Made by a program: the position numbers and the translations under genes. DNA of 64,000 bases, taken from assembly GCF_049075655.1 (NCBI RefSeq), contig NZ_CP157522.1, forward strand, positions 416,001 to 480,000, read 5' to 3'. The stretch comes from Methanothermococcus sp. Ax23 (lineage in GTDB: Archaea > AGJL01 > Methanococci > Methanococcales > Methanococcaceae). The notes beneath the pieces were generated by a model. It did not search any database. It saw only the letters and a program-made list of their open reading frames with translations, and was not told the origin of the DNA. Positions 1 to 10,922 of this stretch are shown in pieces (within the stretch, counting starts at the first letter, position 1; every line of letters begins with the position of its first letter).

Positions 1-805
1 TTGATGTATAATCGTAATCATTCAACACATTAAAGATTTTTTCAGTCTTTTTAAATCCTTCTTCCGACATTTTCAGATGTAAAAATACGGCATTACATCC
101 TCTTTTGATCATCAGATATGAAGCCACTGGACTATCTATCCCATCGGAAAGCAGAACTAAAACCTTTCCCTGTGTTCCAACAGGTATTCCTCCAACTCCT
201 TCAATCCTTTTTGTAAAAATATATGCATTATCAATTAACTCTATGCCAATATGTATATCCGGATCTTTAAGATTTACCTTTAAATCAGCATTTAATTTCA
301 TCTTATTTTTAAGTTTATCAAATTCATTTATTATTACTGCCCCAATATGCCTGCTTAATTCCATTGAATTCATATTAAATTGCTTTTTAATCCTTTGAGT
401 TTTTACTGCAAAAGTTACGGTTTTATTGACACCAATATTTGCATTGATGTATTGGGTGAGCTCACCCTTAAATGCACCAATTGAAAAATTCTCAATATCT
501 TTTATATTTAAATCACATTCTAAACATGGACTAAATGAAACTATTCCAGGGATTTTTCTTAAAAGTTCAAGTGATTTATCCATATTATATTTATCAACAG
601 TCAAAAGCAATCTTGTATGAAGAATCTCCACTTCTGATTCAATATCATATTTTTTAAGCGTCATTTCAATATTATTTTTAAGTATTTGCTCAAATCTCTT
701 TCTTGTATGTCTTGACTTTGTTCCTATTTCTCCATACCTAATTATTATTTTGTTGTTTGAGTCTTTAATGCTATTATTTTTAATTTCATTTCCTTCAACA
801 TCCAA
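1..805 (-). CDS. thiI: tRNA 4-thiouridine synthase ThiI (N-terminal part; runs off the window edge)
   Basis: Manual minus-strand translation from TTG at 805 (GGTGA RBS upstream): IIIRYGEIGTKSRHTRKRFE, THUMP region FAVKTQR, then GGIPVGTQGKVLVLLSDGIDSPVA PP-loop. Not in the ORF track because it is truncated. Confidence 0.92.
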   Translation of the reverse strand, partial: MDVEGNEIKNNSIKDSNNKIIIRYGEIGTKSRHTRKRFEQILKNNIEMTLKKYDIESEVEILHTRLLLTVDKYNMDKSLELLRKIPGIVSFSPCLECDLNIKDIENFSIGAFKGELTQYINANIGVNKTVTFAVKTQRIKKQFNMNSMELSRHIGAVIINEFDKLKNKMKLNADLKVNLKDPDIHIGIELIDNAYIFTKRIEGVGGIPVGTQGKVLVLLSDGIDSPVASYLMIKRGCNAVFLHLKMSEEGFKKTEKIFNVLNDYDYTS

Positions 806-906
806 TGTTTCACCAATATAATATGTTTTTATATAAATATAAATATAAACATAAGATATAATATATTATAATTATTTAAATATATAATTACTAAAATCGT
901 GAGACT

Positions 907-1905
907 ATGATTGATATAAAAGAATTAAAAAAATACTGTAATCCATCTTATTTAACCATTCGAAATGACAAACTAATAATAAACAATAAACGATTAGCAA
1001 GATTATCCAAAGACAAGATAAAAAAAATAGAAGAAGATTTTAGAATCCCAGTGGTTTATTCAAGAAGCTATGAAGATATATCTCAAAAGATGGGAAGATA
1101 TATCTCAAAACATAAGATAATAAGCCCCAGAGACAAAATAATTGTGGGATTAAGCGGTGGAAAAGACAGTTTAGCATTACTGCATCTTTTAGAACCATAC
1201 AGGAGAAGATATGGAATAGAAATTTACGCCATTACAATTGATTTGAACATAAGTAATATTCGACCTTGGAGTGCAGATAACAAAAACATGGACGTTATAA
1301 AAAAACACTGCGAAAGCTTGAATATTCCCCACAAAATTATAGGTTTCGATAAAGATGTTGTCCAGATGTCCAAGATTTTATCGGAAAACACAAAAGGCAT
1401 TGAATATTCCCCATGCTTTTCCTGTTCCGTTGTAAGGAGACATATTCTAACAAATTTTGCCATGGAATTGCTGGAAAATGAAGATACAAATAATAATGGC
1501 GACATAAGCAAAATAAAAATATGTCTTGGTCATACATTAGAAGACAATTCCGACACAATATTGGCAAATATACTTAAAGGAGATGTAATAAAAACATTGG
1601 AACCTTTAAAGAACTTTGATGAAGCAGTATTTGATTTCAAAGAGTTTAAACTTAAATTACAGAAAAGCACAATTATTAGGCCGCTGTTAAGTGTATCTGA
1701 AAAAGATATTGTAAAGGCACTTAATGAATGTAATGTGGATTACTATAAAGATAAGGATGAATGTCCATACAGTAGAAATAAGGGAGATAGTATAAGAAAA
1801 AAAAGCCATGAAGTTCTTGATTATCTTGAAAAAGATGTTGAAAATATAAGAGAAATGATTGTTTCATCCATTTTAAAATCCATAGATTATTATAAAAATA
1901 GATAA
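907..1905 (+). CDS. PP-loop ATPase, TtcA/CTU1-like tRNA thiolation family
   Basis: SGGKDS PP-loop, SPCFSC CxxC, GHTLED, IIRPL and ECPY motifs. Confidence 0.75.
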   Translation: MIDIKELKKYCNPSYLTIRNDKLIINNKRLARLSKDKIKKIEEDFRIPVVYSRSYEDISQKMGRYISKHKIISPRDKIIVGLSGGKDSLALLHLLEPYRRRYGIEIYAITIDLNISNIRPWSADNKNMDVIKKHCESLNIPHKIIGFDKDVVQMSKILSENTKGIEYSPCFSCSVVRRHILTNFAMELLENEDTNNNGDISKIKICLGHTLEDNSDTILANILKGDVIKTLEPLKNFDEAVFDFKEFKLKLQKSTIIRPLLSVSEKDIVKALNECNVDYYKDKDECPYSRNKGDSIRKKSHEVLDYLEKDVENIREMIVSSILKSIDYYKNR

Positions 1906-1992
1906 TTATCAGTATAATATAAATATTATATGAATGTAATAACCCTATAAAAAAGAAATATTATGAAAAATATATGTAGAATATAAAACTAA

Positions 1993-2808
<816 letters not shown>

Positions 2809-2881
2809 ATTTTATTTTTGCTTTATTATTTTATATTTAATTTTATTCGTAATTTACAATAAAATGTTTTATGTGAAAATA

Positions 2882-3370
2882 ATGGTTAAAATTAGAAGGT
2901 TAAGGGAAAAGGATATAGATAGAATAATTGAAATAGAAAAGGAATCTTTTGAATATAATTATCCGCCCTTATTAATAAGACAATTATATATGTCTTTTCC
3001 AGACGGATTTTTGGTGGCAGAGGACACTCATAACGGAAATATAATTGGATATGTTATAGCAGTAATGGAGTGGGGAAATGGACATATTGTTTCTATTGCA
3101 GTAGATAAAAACAACAGAAACAAAGGTATAGGCACCCTATTATTAAATGCCGTAGAGGAATATTTATTTACAAACTGCAATGCAAAATATATTGTGCTTG
3201 AAGTAAGGTTCGATAACACAAATGCAAGAAAATTTTATTACAGAAGGGGATACAACGATAAAAGATTGCTACCAAAATACTATGATGATGGTTCAGATGC
3301 CATATTGATGGTGAAAAAAAATCCATATTTAGAATTCAACAATCATCCCATTATTGTTAGCATGTGGTAA
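2882..3370 (+). CDS. rimI: RimI/Ard1-type GNAT N-acetyltransferase
   Basis: GHIVSIAVD..RNKGIG, LEVRFDN..ARKFY..YYDDGSDAILM; probable start is ATG 2882 rather than the AT-rich extension from 2801. Confidence 0.85.
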   Translation: MVKIRRLREKDIDRIIEIEKESFEYNYPPLLIRQLYMSFPDGFLVAEDTHNGNIIGYVIAVMEWGNGHIVSIAVDKNNRNKGIGTLLLNAVEEYLFTNCNAKYIVLEVRFDNTNARKFYYRRGYNDKRLLPKYYDDGSDAILMVKKNPYLEFNNHPIIVSMW

Positions 3371-3372
3371 AA

Positions 3373-4716
3373 ATGAAAAAAATAACTATTTACTCACCTA
3401 ATTATTACACCTACGGTGCAATGCTTATTGGTGGAGTGTTGAAGGAGAAATTTAAAAATAAATACGATATTAAATTAGTTAGAGCTCTCAATAAAAATAC
3501 CATAAACTTATTTTTAAAATCTGATTTTGTTCTTTTAAGTTTATACTCAACTTTGCATCTTATGGATGAAAATTTAAAAAAAGTAATAGAGCTCATCCAA
3601 AACAATAATAAAAATAACAACAAAAAAACAAAAATATATGTTGGAGGTCCAGTATCCGCCTATCCTGAGATTATTCTAAATGAAATGAATGTTGATGGAG
3701 TAATTTTAGGAGAGGGGGAACTTACTACTCCAAATATTATAGATGGAGACAGAGAAGGACTTGCATACTTGGAAAATGGAGATATAATAACAAATATACC
3801 AAAATCAAAACCTGAGCTCGATTTTTCAAAACCACTAATACCAAAGGATGTAGGAGCTCAGAGTATAAGGGGTGCAAATGTATATATTGAAACCCACAGG
3901 GGATGTATAGGAAACTGCACATTCTGCCAAGTTCCAAAATTTTTTGGAAAGGACATAAGAAGCAAACCTTTGGAATTGGTTTTAGAGGAAGTTAAGGAAT
4001 TTAAAAAGAAAGGCGTTAAAAGAATAGCAATAAGCGGAGGAACGGGAAGTTTATATAATTTCAAAAAAGAAGTAAATAAATCCATGTTTATTGAACTTTT
4101 GGAGAATGTTTCAAAGATAATTGGAAATAAAAACCTATCCATACCTGATATGAGGGTTGATTATGTTGATGAAGACACCTTAAATGCCGTTAAAAAATAC
4201 ACAATTGGATGGGTGTTTTACGGAATAGAAAGCGGAAGCGACAAAATATTAAAATCCATGAAAAAGGGAACAAACAGAGGGAAAAACCTAAATGCTATAA
4301 ATTTAGCAAAAGAGTGCGGTGTGAAAGTTGGAGGAAGTTTTATCGTTGGGCATCCTGAGGAAAAGGAAGTGGATTATTTACTTACAAAGGATTTTATTGT
4401 TGATGCTGAGCTCGACGATGTTTTTGTATCTATTGCAGAACCGATACCAAAAACTGAATTATGCGATTTAATCTTAAATACTCCAAATGATAAAAATCCA
4501 ACATTTAAAACTCATTTGGGGCAATATAAAAGATTGAATTTAACAGAAAGCGAAGCACGATGTTTTGATTTAATGCTTCACGCTGAGAATTGGAAATCAA
4601 ATCCAAATATTTTGACAAAACAGCTGTATTCAATATATTTAAATGAGGCAAAAACACAGGGCAAAGATATAAGAAGTATTACAAATTTAGTATTTAAATA
4701 TAAAAAGTTTTTATAG
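3373..4716 (+). CDS. B12-binding radical SAM protein, MJ0865 family (probable methyl-coenzyme M reductase glutamine C-methyltransferase)
   Basis: N-terminal YSPNYYTYGAMLIGG and cobalamin-binding VGGP/GEGE region; ETHRGCIGNCTFC CxxxCxxC; GIESG. The start could also be GTG 3364. Confidence 0.75.
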   Translation: MKKITIYSPNYYTYGAMLIGGVLKEKFKNKYDIKLVRALNKNTINLFLKSDFVLLSLYSTLHLMDENLKKVIELIQNNNKNNNKKTKIYVGGPVSAYPEIILNEMNVDGVILGEGELTTPNIIDGDREGLAYLENGDIITNIPKSKPELDFSKPLIPKDVGAQSIRGANVYIETHRGCIGNCTFCQVPKFFGKDIRSKPLELVLEEVKEFKKKGVKRIAISGGTGSLYNFKKEVNKSMFIELLENVSKIIGNKNLSIPDMRVDYVDEDTLNAVKKYTIGWVFYGIESGSDKILKSMKKGTNRGKNLNAINLAKECGVKVGGSFIVGHPEEKEVDYLLTKDFIVDAELDDVFVSIAEPIPKTELCDLILNTPNDKNPTFKTHLGQYKRLNLTESEARCFDLMLHAENWKSNPNILTKQLYSIYLNEAKTQGKDIRSITNLVFKYKKFL

Positions 4717-4846
4717 GATAAAGTATTAGTTTGTTTTCTTATTTCCAATGCTTTTTTTATGCGAATTAATAATTATTTTATTAGTATTATGATAAGATTA
4801 TAATATGATTATAACAAAATTATGAGATAATCATTTTGGTGATTGA

Positions 4847-4871
4847 ATAAAAATCCCTCTGGGATTTTTAT
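4847..4871. repeat. triloop hairpin element ATAAAAATCCC-TCT-GGGATTTTTAT
   Basis: Perfect 11-bp inverted repeat with a 3-nt loop closed by C-G, just upstream of the NOG1 start. Confidence 0.7.
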
Positions 4872-4901
4872 AGCTCACCTTCATTTCATTCAGGTGATAT
4901 T

Positions 4902-5921
4902 ATGAAAAAAAGAATAGAAGCGAACCCATTTAGAAAAATACCTACAATATTGTATCCTGATGAGCTCATGGATAAGGCACACAACAGAGCTGAAAAAGTT
5001 GCAGGGGAGCTCCGAAAAACTACCCGTGGAGAGAGTTTATATAAATCGAGAATTATCGAAGAGCATAAGATAAGAACAACCACATCGGTAATAGCAGATT
5101 ATTTGGCAAATATAATAGCAAAAACTCCATCAGTAGATAATTTAAATCCATTTTATAGGGAAATACTTGAAATTTTGATAGATACTGATGAGTTTAAAAA
5201 ATCTCTCGGAGCTCTACAATGGGCTTCTGAATTTATCAAGAAACTTGGAAACACATATGCAAGGAAGATAAGGAGGGCAAGAACTGCTCAGCAAACTTCA
5301 ATTATAAGAAAGGAATTTTTAGGAAGGGCTTCATCAGTTTTAAAACAAATATACCCTAATTTAGCATGTATTGCTGTTGCAAGGGAAAAATTAAAGAACA
5401 TTCCAACTGTAAAAGATATTCCAACCGTTGTAATAGCTGGATACCCAAATGTTGGTAAATCCACATTATTAAAAAAATTAACAAATGCAGAACCTGAGGT
5501 AAATGCATATCCATTCACAACAAAAGGATTAAATGTTGGATATTCTGACTATGGAATTCAGTTCGTAGATACACCGGGAGTTCTCGATAGACCCATTTAT
5601 GAAAGGAATGATATAGAGCTCCACGCAGTTGTGGCTTTGAACTATCTTGCTGATTCAATAGTATATGTAATAGACCCGACGGAATACTGTGGTTATACTG
5701 TTGAAGAACAGCTGAATTTATTGAATGAAATTGAAAAAACCTTCAAAGTGCCAATAATTGTGGCAATAAATAAAATTGATGTTGAAGGTTATGTGAAAAA
5801 TCTTGAAAAAATAGAGGAATTCTTAAAAGATAAAAACATGGATGTTTTAAAAATATCCACTGAAAAAGGTATTAATTTAGATGAGTTAAAAAAGAAGATT
5901 ATGGAAATAATGGCTGAATAG
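4902..5921 (+). CDS. NOG1-family GTPase
   Basis: GYPNVGKS, YPFTTK, DTPG, NKID and a helical NOG1 N-terminal domain. Confidence 0.92.
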   Translation: MKKRIEANPFRKIPTILYPDELMDKAHNRAEKVAGELRKTTRGESLYKSRIIEEHKIRTTTSVIADYLANIIAKTPSVDNLNPFYREILEILIDTDEFKKSLGALQWASEFIKKLGNTYARKIRRARTAQQTSIIRKEFLGRASSVLKQIYPNLACIAVAREKLKNIPTVKDIPTVVIAGYPNVGKSTLLKKLTNAEPEVNAYPFTTKGLNVGYSDYGIQFVDTPGVLDRPIYERNDIELHAVVALNYLADSIVYVIDPTEYCGYTVEEQLNLLNEIEKTFKVPIIVAINKIDVEGYVKNLEKIEEFLKDKNMDVLKISTEKGINLDELKKKIMEIMAE

Positions 5922-6078
5922 GAAATATATGTAAAAATTTATATATTTAGCTCTTTTTACCATTATTTTTTATTCTTTTAACAAAAATAACTACAATATC
6001 AATGAAAACATTTATCTATAATTTATGTAAATATATGGATTAATTAACCTAAAAATAAAAAGAGAATAGATATATATT

Positions 6079-6564
6079 TTATTTAATTGGAACGAACATG
6101 GAACCTCTTGTAGCTCCCATACCTGGGGAACCGTGCTGAACAACTTTTCTTGTTGGTGCGAATTCTCCGAGGAATCTTCCAATAGCTTCTTCAACTATTT
6201 TTACTTCATGGAACTCTTTACCGTTGTAGATTCCAAAGGTCAATCCAACCATATCTGGAGTGATTACAAAGTCCCTACAATGTGTTCTAATTACTCTTGG
6301 TTCTTTTCCTCTGTTTAATAATCTTCTTGCCTTTTTAATTTTTATTACCAATTTTCTCTGTTTAGGGGTAATTCCTCTCATCATACTTCTTCTCTGTCTT
6401 GCAGGAATTAATTCCATGAACTTTTTCATAGGCATTTCTTGGAGCTCCTCTAATGTATATCCTTTGTATTTAAACTCCACTCTTCTTCTTGGTGCCACTT
6501 GTTTTTTTGTTTTGGATTTCCTTCTAGGCTTTCCTTTACCGCTAAATTTTTTTTGTCTAGCCAT
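6079..6564 (-). CDS. rps19p: 30S ribosomal protein S19
   Basis: IRTHCRD, GEFAPTR, GATRGSMFVPIK; GGTGA RBS before ATG 6564. Confidence 0.97.
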   Translation of the reverse strand: MARQKKFSGKGKPRRKSKTKKQVAPRRRVEFKYKGYTLEELQEMPMKKFMELIPARQRRSMMRGITPKQRKLVIKIKKARRLLNRGKEPRVIRTHCRDFVITPDMVGLTFGIYNGKEFHEVKIVEEAIGRFLGEFAPTRKVVQHGSPGMGATRGSMFVPIK

Positions 6565-6631
6565 TTTTTCACCCATTTTATATTTTTTGGGTCATGACAA
6601 AAAATTATTTGTCAAACCATGTTTTATTTAT

Positions 6632-7354
6632 TTATCTTTTTCCTGTTCTTCTTGCAGCTATGTGTCCTACTTTTCTACCAGGGGATGTTTTTCTTGAAAT
6701 TGTTGTAGGTTTTCCTGTGTGCTGGTGTCTTCCACCACCGAATGGGTGGTCCACAGCGTTCATTGCCACACCCCTAACTTTTGGCCAGATGCTTGCCTTA
6801 GCCTTCATAGCGTGGTATTTCTTACCTGCTTTTGTGATAGGTTTTTCTTTTCTACCTCCACCTGCAACTACACCGATTGTTGCCCTACACATTGGATTCA
6901 ATGTTTTCATAAATCCTGATGGTAATTTCACAATTGTTTTACCAACATCATGTGCAATAATGTGTGCGTAGCATCCACCAGACCTTACAAGTTTTCCCCC
7001 GTCTCCAGGGATTGTTTCAATGTTGTAAACTGGAATACCTTCTGGTATTTCACCCAATGGTAAAACATTTCCAGGTTTTATTTCCGCACTTATACCACAT
7101 TCAATTTCTTCATTGATTCTCATTCCTTCTGGAACCAATATTAATCTTTCTTCCCCATTTTCAAATCTTACCTTAGCTACTGGGGCACTTCTTCCAGGGT
7201 CGTGAAGTATATCTACAATTGTTCCAAGGACTTTGTCCTTTTTCTCCATCTCATCAAATTTTCTATATTTTACTTCTCCTTTTCTCTTATGGGTTGGTGA
7301 GGTATATCTTGGAGTTCCCCTACCTCTGTTTTGGGACATTAGTCTTTTACCCAT
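6632..7354 (-). CDS. rpl2p: 50S ribosomal protein L2
   Basis: MGKRLMSQNRGRG, HDPGRSAP, RGVAMNAVDHPFGGG. Confidence 0.98.
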   Translation of the reverse strand: MGKRLMSQNRGRGTPRYTSPTHKRKGEVKYRKFDEMEKKDKVLGTIVDILHDPGRSAPVAKVRFENGEERLILVPEGMRINEEIECGISAEIKPGNVLPLGEIPEGIPVYNIETIPGDGGKLVRSGGCYAHIIAHDVGKTIVKLPSGFMKTLNPMCRATIGVVAGGGRKEKPITKAGKKYHAMKAKASIWPKVRGVAMNAVDHPFGGGRHQHTGKPTTISRKTSPGRKVGHIAARRTGKR

Positions 7355-7474
7355 TATATCACCTATGAGCTCCTGTTTTAAGTAAATTATTCCTCAATAA
7401 TTAATTAAGTTATTTCCCCGAATATCATTAAATCATGAATAAACTCATGATATTTGATGTAATATCCTGTGAAT

Positions 7475-7735
7475 TTAGTAAATACCTAAATTAGCTGCAA
7501 TTTCTCCTGCATCATATTCATCTTTTAATTTTACATATACTTTTTTCTGACCTTTTGGGGTAATTAATGTGTTTAAGTCCTTTACTTCTGCATTGAACAA
7601 TTCCTTAATAGCGTTTTTAACATCAGCTTTTGTAGCTTTTTTATCAATATAAAATACCAATTTGTTTTCTTCTTCAATGAGTTTCATTGTTTTTTCACTA
7701 ATTATTGGCATTTTGATAACATCAAAGGCATCCAT
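7475..7735 (-). CDS. rpl23p: 50S ribosomal protein L23
   Basis: PIISEKT..ENKLVF..KKVYVKL; position in operon. Confidence 0.97.
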   Translation of the reverse strand: MDAFDVIKMPIISEKTMKLIEEENKLVFYIDKKATKADVKNAIKELFNAEVKDLNTLITPKGQKKVYVKLKDEYDAGEIAANLGIY

Positions 7736-7790
7736 GCCATCACCTCAATATAAGAATAAATACCTAAAATTAATAAAGTAAATTAAAATA

Positions 7791-8549
7791 TTAGAATCTT
7801 TCATTTAATTTTTCCACAGCTTTTTCGGTCCATAATGTCAATCTTCCAGCGTCTGCACCAGGTGCTATGTGCATTACTCCCAAGTCGTCAGCTGTGATTA
7901 CATCTACACCAGGAAGATTTTTTGAAGCTTTAACAGCATCGCATAAACCGCTTACCACAACTAAAACACTTTTTGGTTTTCTGTATTTTCTTCCCCTTAA
8001 TTTACCAATTCCAGCTCTAATTTTAATTCCATCCTTAGCTCTTTCAACGTCCTTGTCTAAACCTAAGTTCTTAAATGTTTCCAAAACTTCTTTTGTCTTT
8101 TTAAGGTTTTCAAATTCGTTATCTACGATTAATGGAACTGATGGAACTTCATCAATGATATGCCCTCTACTTTTTACGATTTCAGGATTTGCTGATGCAG
8201 CGATTGCACTCATTAATGCTTTCAATCTTTCTTTTCTGTTTATTCTTTCGTGGAGTATTTTCTCTACTTTTGGAGGGTGACATCTTCTTCCGCCTACTGC
8301 CTGAGGAACAAATGCCGCCTGTCCTTGTCCTGTTCTTCTAACTCTTGCTCTACCGTGTCCTTTACCTATTGATTTTGCAGAGGTTCTTTTTCCTGCCATT
8401 GGGTCTACGCCTTTTGGCTGTAATCTTGCAGTTAATGAGGATAAGAACGCCCTTTTAATCAAATCTGGTCTGTATTCTGTTTCAAATACCGCAGGTAATT
8501 CGGTTTCTCCCTTTTCAGAACCGTCCATGTTATAAACTTTAACCTTCAT
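7791..8549 (-). CDS. rpl4p: 50S ribosomal protein L4
   Basis: [29 protein letters not shown]. Confidence 0.97.
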   Translation of the reverse strand: MKVKVYNMDGSEKGETELPAVFETEYRPDLIKRAFLSSLTARLQPKGVDPMAGKRTSAKSIGKGHGRARVRRTGQGQAAFVPQAVGGRRCHPPKVEKILHERINRKERLKALMSAIAASANPEIVKSRGHIIDEVPSVPLIVDNEFENLKKTKEVLETFKNLGLDKDVERAKDGIKIRAGIGKLRGRKYRKPKSVLVVVSGLCDAVKASKNLPGVDVITADDLGVMHIAPGADAGRLTLWTEKAVEKLNERF

Positions 8550-8588
8550 TATAACACCCATCCGTGTTTTTATTTATTTTTTAATTAT

Positions 8589-9590
8589 TTAATTTCCTTG
8601 CTTGGACTCTTTACTTATGTATGTTATTTCTGGCAATCCAAACTTATCTTCTGGACATCTTATAGCTCCCCTTAATACAACCATTCTTTTTGCAGGTCCT
8701 TGAACTGAACCTTTAACTAAGACATAGTTGTTTTTAATTTCTCCATAGTGTAAATATCCACCTTTTGGAACTATTTCTTCTCCATTGTTTCCTATTTTTA
8801 AGATTCTCTTATTGTATTCTGTTCTTTGGTGGTATCCTACCTGACCAGCCATTGGGACTGTCCACATAACTCTCTTTGGTGTCCATGGACCGATGGAACC
8901 TGTGTGTCTTCCAACACCTTTGCTCTGGTGTTTTCCGAACTGTATTTTAATACCCCATCTTTTAACAGGTCCTTGGAATCCTTTACCTTTTGTGATTGCT
9001 ATTGTGTCTATGAATTCACCGTCTGTAAATACATCATTTATTGATAATGTTTTACCAAGTATTTCCTTAGCGTATGCCAATCTTTCACTGATATCTTTTC
9101 CACCGATTCTTATCTCAATTATTTCTGGTTTTTTCTTTGGCAAGTTTGTGTTTTTTGGATTTGTGTGAACAATTGCTCTTACTTCTGCAATTTTGTCTGC
9201 CACTTCATCTAATTTCTCCACATTAGCTTTTGGCTCTTTTGGTGCGGTTATTTTTCTGTTTAATTCTTTGTCTAAGTTTTCAGCCCAAACTTCTGTTAAT
9301 GTTTTTAAACCTTTTGTGGTCTTTTCATAAACTCTTATTCCAGCTACTGTAATATCAGGAGCTTCCAATACTGTAACTGGCGTGAATACATCCTGTTCTG
9401 CATTTGGGCTTTTAGGATTATTTTCTTTAATCAAAGCATGTGTTGTTCCTGCCTTATATACAGGGAATGCTTGAAGTCTAACTTTTTCATCCTTTGGCCA
9501 TGACCTGATTTTTGGTACTGGTCTTTTTGCTCTTTTTCTTGGGCTAAATGCCAAAGAACCCCTACGAGGTCTATTTCTTTTCATACCCAT
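8589..9590 (-). CDS. rpl3p: 50S ribosomal protein L3
   Basis: [36 protein letters not shown]. Confidence 0.98.
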   Translation of the reverse strand: MGMKRNRPRRGSLAFSPRKRAKRPVPKIRSWPKDEKVRLQAFPVYKAGTTHALIKENNPKSPNAEQDVFTPVTVLEAPDITVAGIRVYEKTTKGLKTLTEVWAENLDKELNRKITAPKEPKANVEKLDEVADKIAEVRAIVHTNPKNTNLPKKKPEIIEIRIGGKDISERLAYAKEILGKTLSINDVFTDGEFIDTIAITKGKGFQGPVKRWGIKIQFGKHQSKGVGRHTGSIGPWTPKRVMWTVPMAGQVGYHQRTEYNKRILKIGNNGEEIVPKGGYLHYGEIKNNYVLVKGSVQGPAKRMVVLRGAIRCPEDKFGLPEITYISKESKQGN

Positions 9591-9861
9591 CGTATAACCT
9601 CCTAATAAATTTGTTAATTTTAATATACTTAGATGATGGTTTAGTGCAATCTATAATTAAAAAATTATTTAACTGCTATTTGAATATAATTTAAAAAAAC
9701 TAAACCTGTCAGTAGCATAAATGCCTTTTCAGGTTTTTCGACATGATGCCTTATTAGTGTTAAGTATTGTTATATATATACTTAACCCTTAGGCACTATT
9801 AAATAATTAAAAAGATATATCTTATTAAAATTGAATATTATATAAAGTTTTTGGTGATTGT

Positions 9862-10461
9862 ATGAATAACACAGAATTAATTAAATATTTCGAAGAAAAA
9901 GACAATCTAAGAGAATCAATATTAAAATTTTCAAGAGAGATAGTGAGAGATTGTGCAATGAATATAAGACATATTCAAAAATTAGACAAAAATATTTCAT
10001 TTGATGAGCTAACTGATAAGCTTAGAGAACTAAACGCAATGGTGGAAAACTATGACGATTTTAAAAAATACCTAAACACACCTCAGCAGGAATATGTGGA
10101 AGCTATTGTATTTTATAATATTGTTTTTAATAACAAATTTTTAGAATATTCTGAATTTAAGGAAAATGATGTAAAGCCAGAAAATTATATTCTCGGACTT
10201 TGCGATGTCATAGGTGAATTAAGACGGATGATTTTAGAGTCAATTAAAAACGACGATGTTGAAGATGCTGAAAAATATTATGGATTCATGGAAAAAATAT
10301 ATGATTTTATAATGAAATTTGATTATTACCACGTAATAGATAGTTTAAGGAGAAAACAGGATATATCTAGAAGTTTATTGGAAAAAACCAATGGTGATTT
10401 AGTTAATTTCATTGAAAATTTAAAATTAAGAAACGAAATTAAAAAATTAAAAAATGAATAA
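9862..10461 (+). CDS. translin/Trax (C3PO)-family protein
   Basis: RESILKFSREI, QQEYVEA, YILGLCDVIGELRR, LRRKQD motifs. Confidence 0.82.
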   Translation: MNNTELIKYFEEKDNLRESILKFSREIVRDCAMNIRHIQKLDKNISFDELTDKLRELNAMVENYDDFKKYLNTPQQEYVEAIVFYNIVFNNKFLEYSEFKENDVKPENYILGLCDVIGELRRMILESIKNDDVEDAEKYYGFMEKIYDFIMKFDYYHVIDSLRRKQDISRSLLEKTNGDLVNFIENLKLRNEIKKLKNE

Positions 10462-10507
10462 GTTCTATTTTTTATATTTTAATATATAAATCAATAAATA
10501 TAATCTT

Positions 10508-10537
10508 CTAAAATAAAAAGTAGGATAGTGGGAATCC
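10508..10537 (-). repeat. degenerate duplicate of the tRNA-Ile 3' end plus trailer
   Basis: CTAAAATAAAAAGTAGG exact match, then ATAGTGGGAATCC versus GCAGCGGGGATTC at 10726-10755; all mismatches are transitions. Confidence 0.75.
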
Positions 10538-10539
10538 AG

Positions 10540-10691
10540 AAGAAGCCTTTAAAAATCTCAAAATTCACTTCGTGAATTTATACGATGCCGTAGGCAGTAA
10601 TGAAATCCATGGATTTCATTTGATTTCTCGCTATCGCTCGAAAAGGATGCTATCCAAAGTCCAAACATCACTTCGTGATGTTTGGAGCCTA
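10540..10691 (-). repeat. composite palindromic (triloop hairpin) element downstream of tRNA-Ile
   Basis: AAATTCAC-TTC-GTGAATTT (10561), TGCC-GTA-GGCA, 22-bp palindrome 10599-10620, TCCAAACATCAC-TTC-GTGATGTTTGGA (10660); flanks shared with 54601-54662. Confidence 0.8.
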
Positions 10692-10738
10692 AAAATAGTG
10701 TATGTAAATTAATAGATATATCCTCCTAAAATAAAAAG

Positions 10739-10813
10739 TAGGGCAGCGGGGATTCGAACCCCGGACCACTCGGTTATCAGCCGAGCACTCTAACCAGGCT
10801 GAGCCACTGCCCT
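10739..10813 (-). tRNA. tRNA-Ile(GAT)
   Basis: Cloverleaf AGGGCAG...CTGCCCT-A, anticodon arm CTCGG-CTGATAA-CCGAG, GTTCGAATC T-loop. Confidence 0.97.
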
Positions 10814-10922
10814 AATTGTCAATTTCACGAATTAAGAACGCAAGATGAAATAAGTTATTTTAGTATATAAACTTTTCTATAATCTAAAAATCCAAATTTA
10901 TTTTAATGGTAAGATAATACCA

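Noticed and set aside
6079-9590. S10-like operon ending at S19, and L11 not followed by L1
   Set aside because: This fragmentation is the usual arrangement in Methanococcales as far as I recall.
10504-10813. Integrated virus or island at tRNA-Ile or tRNA-Arg
   Set aside because: The duplicates lie only ~220 and ~90 bp from the tRNAs, and no integrase or cargo is present.
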